DNA of 64,000 bases, from positions 238 to 64,237 of the forward strand of contig CAMLWN010000001.1 of assembly GCA_946490195.1 (NCBI GenBank), given 5' to 3'. Shown piece by piece: positions 57,994-64,000 of this stretch (within the stretch, counting starts at the first letter, position 1; each line of letters starts with the position of its first letter). Made by a program: the position numbers and the translations under genes. A model generated the notes under the pieces. It made no database searches and was not told the DNA's origin. It saw only the letters and a program-made list of their open reading frames with translations. This DNA is from an uncultured Mycoplasmatota bacterium. Its GTDB lineage: Bacteria > Bacillota_I > Bacilli_A > RF39 > UBA660.

Positions 57994-58656
57994 ATGAGTT
58001 TGATTTATCAGAATATTGGACTAGATTTAGATGGCGTTTTAACAGAACATTCAAAATTTCAATTAGAAAAAGGAATTCCTTATTTTTGTCACAAATACAA
58101 CCTTCCAAGGGATAAAGTAATAAAAGATATCAGAGGAATGGATATAGAAGAAATATTCGGATGCACTCATCAAGAACGTTTCTTATTTTGGGCAAAATAT
58201 ATTTGGGAATATTGTACAATAACTAAGCCAAGAAATGGTGCTAAAGAAGTAACCCAAAAATGGTTAGCAGAAGGCAGAAATATTTTTATAATAACTGGTC
58301 GAAAAGAAAGAGAAGAATTTTTCTTGGTTTCTAAAATGCTTATGCTTCTGACAAAATATTGGTTAAATCATCAGAATATTGGCTATTCAGAAATTGTTTT
58401 TTGCTCAAATTCAAGTTCAGAAATTGAAAAAAAAGCAATTTGCCAAAAATTAAATATTGAAATTATGGCCGAAGATCGCATCAATGTTTTAAATTCTCTT
58501 CAAGAAACTTGTGATATAGTATGCTTTGAAAATATGTATAATATGGGTTTAAATGATAAAATTCCTAATTTCAAAACTTTTTACGAAATGGATGAATATA
58601 TAAGAGAAATAGAGAAAAAGAAAAATATTTTACAAAAAACAAAAAAGCTGTTATAA
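57994..58656 (+). CDS. HAD-superfamily hydrolase (putative 5'(3')-nucleotidase-like)
   Basis: N-terminal GLDLDGVL (the DxDGV motif). Confidence 0.5.
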   Translation: MSLIYQNIGLDLDGVLTEHSKFQLEKGIPYFCHKYNLPRDKVIKDIRGMDIEEIFGCTHQERFLFWAKYIWEYCTITKPRNGAKEVTQKWLAEGRNIFIITGRKEREEFFLVSKMLMLLTKYWLNHQNIGYSEIVFCSNSSSEIEKKAICQKLNIEIMAEDRINVLNSLQETCDIVCFENMYNMGLNDKIPNFKTFYEMDEYIREIEKKKNILQKTKKLL

Positions 58657-58722
58657 TACGTTTATCAGATTTAAGTGGGCAGAAATTCCCACTTTTGTTA
58701 TTGGAAAGGGTGAGGAAGAAAA

Positions 58723-58971
58723 GTGTTAGAAAAAATTAAAGATGCCATTAAAGAGCCTTTAGCCAAAATGGAAATTGTGGTAGACGATATTTCTTTTGAA
58801 AAAGAAGGATCATATTATTTTTTACGAATTACATTAGATAAAGTAAATGGATTGGATTTAGATACAGTAGTTGAAGCAACCAATATTATTAACCCAATTT
58901 TAGATGAACTAGACATAATTGAAGAATCTTACATTTTAGATGTATCAAGTAAGGAAAGAGGAGGAGTATAA
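58723..58971 (+). CDS. rimP: ribosome maturation factor RimP (N-terminal domain only, 82 aa)
   Basis: YFLRITLDK..GLDLDT...LD...ILDVSS matches the RimP N-domain. The position is upstream of nusA. Confidence 0.65.
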   Translation: MLEKIKDAIKEPLAKMEIVVDDISFEKEGSYYFLRITLDKVNGLDLDTVVEATNIINPILDELDIIEESYILDVSSKERGGV

Positions 58972-58972
58972 A

Positions 58973-60094
58973 ATGAATGCAAAAGAATTTATAAGAGCAT
59001 TAGATCATATAACAGCAGAGAAAAATATTAGCAAAGATGTTGTCTTTGAAGCAATGGAACTTGCATTAGCTACTGCTTATAAAAAAAATTTTAATTCAAA
59101 AACAAACGTAAAAGTAAAAATCAATCGAGACACAGGAGACATTCGTGTATATTCATATTATGTAGTTGTAGATGACTATGATGATGGAACAGAAACAACC
59201 GATGAAGAAGGAAATATCGTAAGAATCCCACCAGAGATTAATGTGGACGCTCAAATACTTTTAGAAGATGCAAAGGAAATTGATCCAACAATTAAAGTGG
59301 GAGAAATGATTGAAAAAGAAGTTACTCCAAAAGATTTTGGACGTGTAGCAGCTGGAACAGCTAAGCAAGTATTAACTCAAAAGATAAGAGAAGCTGAACG
59401 GGCAGTAATCATGGAAGAATTCCAAGATAAAGCTGGCGAGATGATGGTTGGAATGCTTGCTATGGAAGATCAAAAAAATTACTATGTAGATTTAGGAAAA
59501 TCAAGAGGAATTTTACCAAAAAGTGAAATGATTCCTGGCGAAGTAGTAAAAATGGGAACAAGCATCAAAGTCTATATTACAAAAGTAGAAGAAACTACTA
59601 AAGGGCCTTTAATTCTTTGTTCAAGAAAACATTATGGCTTTGTAAGAAGATTATTTGAAACAGAAATTCCAGAACTTGTTGATGGAACAATCGAATTGTA
59701 TGCAGTAGTAAGAGAAGCAGGAATTCGTAGTAAAGTAGCTGTCTTCTCAAGAGATGAACGAGTAGATCCAATCGGAGCCTGTATCGGAGCTGGTGGAAGT
59801 AGAATTGCCAACATTTTAAAAGAATTAAATGGCGAAAAAGTTGACTTGATTCGCTATTCAGAAAATCCAGAAGAGTTTATCGCAAACGCGTTATCTCCAG
59901 CTAAAAATGTTACAGTAAATATTATTGACCCAATGAAGAAAGAAGCACTAGCTATAGTAACAGATGACAATCTTTCTTTAGCAATTGGGAAAAAGGGATC
60001 AAATATCAAATTAGCAAGCAAATTAACAAAATATAAAATTGAAATTAAAACTCTTGCTCAAATAAACGAAGAAGGAAATAAAGATAGTGATTAA
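58973..60094 (+). CDS. nusA: transcription termination/antitermination factor NusA
   Basis: N-terminal domain, S1 and KH motifs (GACIGAGGSRI). Start at ATG 58973 after RBS aggaaagaggagg. Confidence 0.9.
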   Translation: MNAKEFIRALDHITAEKNISKDVVFEAMELALATAYKKNFNSKTNVKVKINRDTGDIRVYSYYVVVDDYDDGTETTDEEGNIVRIPPEINVDAQILLEDAKEIDPTIKVGEMIEKEVTPKDFGRVAAGTAKQVLTQKIREAERAVIMEEFQDKAGEMMVGMLAMEDQKNYYVDLGKSRGILPKSEMIPGEVVKMGTSIKVYITKVEETTKGPLILCSRKHYGFVRRLFETEIPELVDGTIELYAVVREAGIRSKVAVFSRDERVDPIGACIGAGGSRIANILKELNGEKVDLIRYSENPEEFIANALSPAKNVTVNIIDPMKKEALAIVTDDNLSLAIGKKGSNIKLASKLTKYKIEIKTLAQINEEGNKDSD

Positions 60095-60096
60095 GC

Positions 60097-61011
60097 TTTT
60101 TACCCATAGGGATGATCCAGATGGCATAGGTAGTGTTATTTTAACACGCATGCTTACAGAAGATTTGATTTTACCTTATGTAAAGGCATAAAAGAGCTAG
60201 ATGAGCATATAAAAGTATTTTTAAAAAATCAAGAATGTAAAAATTATGATCAAGTTTTATTACGGATCTATGTCCAAGTGATAAAACTTTACAAGAGATT
60301 GAAAAAGACCAAAACTTATCTAAAAAACTTAAAGTTTTTGATCATCATCAAAGTTCAATGGATGAAATGACAAAAAAATATTCTTTTGTAACTTCAATGG
60401 TCAAGAAAAAAGATACGCCGTGTTGTGGAACAAGCTTGTATTATGAATACTTACTAAATGAAACCAAAAATGCTCTTTTACAAAAGAAAAGTGTCATGGA
60501 ATTCGTAGAAAAAACAAGATTACATGATACTTGGGAATGGAAAAAAGAAAATGATCTTATTGCCTTTCATTTACAAACTCTTTTTCAAGTATTAGGTCCC
60601 TATGGATATTATTATCATTTTTTTGATAAACTTTCTAAAGCTGATGATTTTTCTTATACAAAACAAGAAGAAAATTGGATAAAAACTCAAGAAAGAACAA
60701 ATCAACAACTAATTGAAGAACTTGCTAAGCAAATATCTTCTAAAAGTTATCAAAATCATCAAGTAGGAATTGTATTTGGAAGTTATAGTGTTCGAAACAA
60801 TTTGGCTGAGTTTTTAAGAGAAAAAAGAAAAGACTTAGATATCTTAATGCTAATTGCAGTAGATAACCAAAGTGTTTCGTTCCGTTCTTTAAAAGATGAT
60901 GTAGAAGTAAGAAGTTTAGCTGAAAAATATGGCGGTGGTGGACACGAAAAAGCCGCATCATGTCTATTTCAAGACATTGAACCTCTTTTACTTGAACGAG
61001 TTTTAAAATAA
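60097..61011 (+). pseudogene. DHH-family phosphoesterase (NrnA-like) disrupted by frameshifts
   Basis: DHH motif I (FTHRDDPDGIGS) is in frame 1 without a start codon and ends at a stop. The motif VFDHHQS lies in another frame. Only the C-terminal 217 aa (DHHA1, GGGGHEKAAS) form an intact ORF (60358..61011). Confidence 0.6.
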
Positions 61012-61029
61012 AAAACAAGGAGGAACCTT

Positions 61030-61305
61030 ATGAAAACAAGAAAAATTCCCATGCGAACTTGTGTTGTGACTAAAGAAAAATACGAAAAAAGAGAGTTAAT
61101 TCGTATTGTCAGAACACCAGAAGGAAATGTTGAAATAGATTCTCATGGTAAAAAAAATGGAAAAGGTGCATATTTAAAGCTTTCAACAGAAGTTATTGAA
61201 AAAGCCAAGAAAACAAAAGCTTTAGATAGAGCTTTAGAAGTACCTGTTCCAGATAGTATTTATGAAGAATTAGAAAGTATGGTAATAGATGAAGAAATAA
61301 AATAA
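61030..61305 (+). CDS. ylxR: YlxR/DUF448 family RNA-binding protein
   Basis: MRTCVVTKEKYEKRELIRIV is the family signature. Position between nusA and infB. Confidence 0.8.
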   Translation: MKTRKIPMRTCVVTKEKYEKRELIRIVRTPEGNVEIDSHGKKNGKGAYLKLSTEVIEKAKKTKALDRALEVPVPDSIYEELESMVIDEEIK

Positions 61306-61328
61306 ATTTTAGAAAGGATGTGTTATTT

Positions 61329-63437
61329 ATGACGGTTAAAGAATATGCAGAAAGCGTATCATTATCAGTAGCCGAAATTTTAAAAAAGTGTGAAAGTTTA
61401 GGAATCGAAGTCCGCGATGCCGAAGATGTATTATCTGATGATGATGTAATTAATTTAGATATTGCAATAAATCTAATCAGTACAGAAAATGATTCGACTT
61501 ATGAAGAAGAGGATAGCATGGATGAAGTCGTAGAAGATTTAGTAGCAAGTACGAATGTTCATACAATGAATCCAGAAACTAAAAAACAAAAACTAAAAAA
61601 ACGTAGTGTATTAGAGTCTAGCAAATCTGAATATTTTAACAAGCGAAAAGAAATGTATAAACATAAAGAAAAATTGATGAATAATCAAGTTCGTGAGGAT
61701 ATAGTTCTTTACAAAAATGGTATGACAGTTTCAGATTTAGCAAATGAATTAAATATCAGCGGAACCGATATTATTAAAAAACTTATGTCTTTAGGATTAA
61801 TGGTCGCATTAAATCAAGAGATAAGTTTCGAAAATGCAGAAATTATAGCTTTAGATTATGGGAAAACATTAAAAAAAGAAGAGACACAAGATATTTCTAA
61901 TTTTGAAGAGTTTGAAGTAACAGATAATGAAAGTGATTTAATAAATCGTCCAGCAGTTGTTACAATAATGGGACATGTTGACCATGGTAAAACAACACTT
62001 TTAGATTATATTCGTCATAGTAAAGTAGTAGATACAGAATTTGGAGGAATTACACAACATATCGGAGCCTATCAAATTGAACATAATGGCGAAAAAATTA
62101 CATTTATTGATACTCCAGGCCATGCAGCATTTACAGAGATGCGTGCCAGAGGAGCAAGTGTAACCGATATCGTTATTATTATTGTTGCCGCTGATGACGG
62201 TGTTATGCCCCAAACAAAAGAAGCCATTGATCATGCTAAAAGTGCTGGAGTTCCAATAATTGTAGCCATTAACAAAATTGATAAACCAAATATCAATATT
62301 GAACGTGTAATGCAAGAAATGAGCGAAAGTGGAATCACACCAGAAGAATGGGGTGGAGATGTTCCATTTGTAAAAATTTCAGCTCAAACAGGTGAAGGTA
62401 TAGACTTGTTGTTAGAAACGATTCAAACCATCAGTGAAATTAATGGATATAAAGCAAATCCAAATAGATATGCGATTGGAACTGTAATTGAATCTAAAGT
62501 AGACAAAAACATTGGAGGAGTCGCGTCACTTTTAATTCAAAATGGAACTTTAAGAATTGGAGATCCAATTGTAGTTGGTACGACATTCGGAAGAGTAAGA
62601 ACGATGAAAAACGATTTAGGAATGTCTATCGTAGAAGCCGGACCATCCATGCCAGTTGAAATAACCGGATTATCAGATAATCCAAGTGCTGGAGATAAAT
62701 TCATGGCATTCGAAACAGAAAGTGAAGCCAAACATGTCGCAGCTAAAAGAGCAGATGCTGCTAAATTAAACAAGAATAAAAAAGATGTAGTATCTCTTGA
62801 CGATTTATTTGCGAAAATCAAATCAGGTCAAAAAGAAATCAACGTTGTTTTAAAAGCTGATGTTCGTGGTAGCGAAGAAGCTGTCAAAAATGCTTTAGAA
62901 AAAATTGATGTTGAAGGCGTACGAATTAATGTTATAAGAAGTGGAATTGGAACAATAACTGAAAGTGATGTAGTTTTAGCCAATGCTTCAAATGCCATTA
63001 TTATTGGATTCAATGTTATTCCATCAGCTATTACAAAAGAAGTAGCAAAAGAATACAATGTAGATATTCGTTTATACACAATTATCTATAAAGTTATTGA
63101 AGAAATGGAATTAGCAATGAAAGGATTATTAGATCCAGAGTTTGAAGAAAATATTTTAGGAAATGCAGAAATTAGAAAAATATTTACTTTTTCAAAAATT
63201 GGCAAAATTGCTGGTTGTTATGTAGCCGATGGTATCATGAAAAGCGGAGCTAATGCTCGAGTTATTCGTGATGGCGTAATTGTTTATGATGGTCGTATTG
63301 CTTCAGTTCAAAGAGAGAAAGATTCTGTAAAAGAAGTAAAAAAAGGCTTTGAATGCGGAATTACTTTAGAAAATTTCAGTGATATTAAAGAAGGAGATAT
63401 CATTGAAAATTATGAAATGGTGGAAATTAAAAGATGA
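61329..63437 (+). CDS. infB: translation initiation factor IF-2
   Basis: G-domain motifs [17 protein letters not shown] and NKID. Start ATG 61329 with RBS aaagga. Confidence 0.95.
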   Translation: MTVKEYAESVSLSVAEILKKCESLGIEVRDAEDVLSDDDVINLDIAINLISTENDSTYEEEDSMDEVVEDLVASTNVHTMNPETKKQKLKKRSVLESSKSEYFNKRKEMYKHKEKLMNNQVREDIVLYKNGMTVSDLANELNISGTDIIKKLMSLGLMVALNQEISFENAEIIALDYGKTLKKEETQDISNFEEFEVTDNESDLINRPAVVTIMGHVDHGKTTLLDYIRHSKVVDTEFGGITQHIGAYQIEHNGEKITFIDTPGHAAFTEMRARGASVTDIVIIIVAADDGVMPQTKEAIDHAKSAGVPIIVAINKIDKPNINIERVMQEMSESGITPEEWGGDVPFVKISAQTGEGIDLLLETIQTISEINGYKANPNRYAIGTVIESKVDKNIGGVASLLIQNGTLRIGDPIVVGTTFGRVRTMKNDLGMSIVEAGPSMPVEITGLSDNPSAGDKFMAFETESEAKHVAAKRADAAKLNKNKKDVVSLDDLFAKIKSGQKEINVVLKADVRGSEEAVKNALEKIDVEGVRINVIRSGIGTITESDVVLANASNAIIIGFNVIPSAITKEVAKEYNVDIRLYTIIYKVIEEMELAMKGLLDPEFEENILGNAEIRKIFTFSKIGKIAGCYVADGIMKSGANARVIRDGVIVYDGRIASVQREKDSVKEVKKGFECGITLENFSDIKEGDIIENYEMVEIKR

Positions 63438-63781
63438 GTATAAAAATAGAAAGAATTAATTCTGAAATAATAAAAAATATTTCTGAAATTCTAGCAAATG
63501 AAACCAGAGACAAACTTATGCGTACAATCACAATAACTGCTGCAGACACATCTAAAGATTTATCTTTTTCAAAAATTTATTTTACAAGTATGGAAAACTT
63601 ATCGAAAGAACAATTAGAAAAAGAAATGAATGAAGCAAGTGATTTTGTACGAAAAAAATTAGCTGAAAAAATGGATTTAAGACAAACTCCAAAACTAAAG
63701 TTTATTTTTGATGAATCGATTGAATATGGAAATAAGATAGAAAAAATTATTGAAGAAATTCATAATCAGGAAAAAGCATAG
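63434..63781 (+). CDS. rbfA: ribosome-binding factor A
   Basis: 115-aa KH-like protein directly after infB with ATGA overlap. Confidence 0.85.
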   Translation: MSIKIERINSEIIKNISEILANETRDKLMRTITITAADTSKDLSFSKIYFTSMENLSKEQLEKEMNEASDFVRKKLAEKMDLRQTPKLKFIFDESIEYGNKIEKIIEEIHNQEKA

Positions 63782-63801
63782 AAAAATTTATGCTTTTTTT
63801 T
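63773..63801 (+). terminator. rho-independent terminator
   Basis: aaagcat/atgcttt stem followed by T8. Confidence 0.55.
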
Positions 63802-63874
63802 CATTTTCTAGGATATTCGCCAAGTCAATTTTAGAAATTTGGAATAAAAATATTACTGAAAGGAGAAATTTTAA

Positions 63875-64000
63875 ATGAATTTAGAAGAATATGAAACAGA
63901 ATGTAAAAACGACAGCTTATGCGATGTAGTTGAATGTTTAGTAGACCGTTGTAAAGTAGGACCAACAGGACCAAGAGGACCTATTGGACCAACCGGACCA
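63875..64000 (+). CDS. collagen-like (G-P-T/G-P-R/G-P-I triplet) protein, 5' partial, BclA-like exosporium candidate
   Basis: MNLEEYETECKNDSLCDVVECLVDRCKVGPTGPRGPIGPTGP. It runs off the window. Confidence 0.55.
   Translation, partial: MNLEEYETECKNDSLCDVVECLVDRCKVGPTGPRGPIGPTGP

Overview
AT-rich (about 30% GC) chromosomal segment from a low-GC, endospore-forming Firmicute, Clostridia- or Erysipelotrichia-like. The spore-forming call rests on sporulation and spore-coat genes: a CotY/ExsY-family coat protein, cotJA/B-cotJC, dacB-spmA-spmB, and a collagen-like protein start at the 3' end. The rimP-nusA-ylxR-infB-rbfA operon is at the 3' end. All stops are standard and strong Shine-Dalgarno sites precede most genes. 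No rRNA, tRNA or CRISPR arrays were found. Three things stand out. (1) A complete diversity-generating retroelement (DGR) at 49277..52721 consists of a target surface-protein gene whose 3' variable repeat (VR 50426..50528) differs from a downstream template repeat (TR 50742..50844) almost only at TR adenines, a bAvd-like accessory gene, and a reverse transcriptase with the DGR-specific LPIGNMTSQ and YMDD motifs. The target gene sits behind a -35/G10/extended -10 promoter with a 21-bp spacer, which suggests slipped-strand phase variation layered on DGR hypervariation. Two more members of the target family occur in the window: one with a GC-rich orphan VR-like island, and one frameshifted with a decayed VR. 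(2) An ~18 kb block (8183..27862) encodes a Tad/Flp-like pilus machine. It has two CpaB-like proteins, a CpaF/TadA ATPase, TadB, TadC and a TadZ-like pseudo-ATPase. Five prepilin-like proteins share the signal M[RK][EQ]A-x-G, and two are Cys-rich Flp-like pilins. The block also carries a 1135-aa Cys-rich secreted giant protein. Unusually, it is contiguous with a PrgK-like membrane-anchored bifunctional peptidoglycan hydrolase (M23 + GH73) and a VirD4/TraG-like type IV coupling protein. No VirB4, relaxase or integrase is present in the window. This is a candidate non-canonical DNA or protein transfer apparatus. (3) Next to the DGR lies a scrambled tandem array of ORF6N-domain genes. Two copies are intact and two are microhomology-deleted, and a palindrome is maintained by covarying codons in every copy. 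Other items: a MazF-like toxin-antitoxin pair, a sortase B with a long N-terminal extension next to an NPQTG substrate and a GT2-TPR protein, two P-type ATPases, a DHH-phosphoesterase pseudogene inserted between nusA and ylxR, and a truncated RimP.
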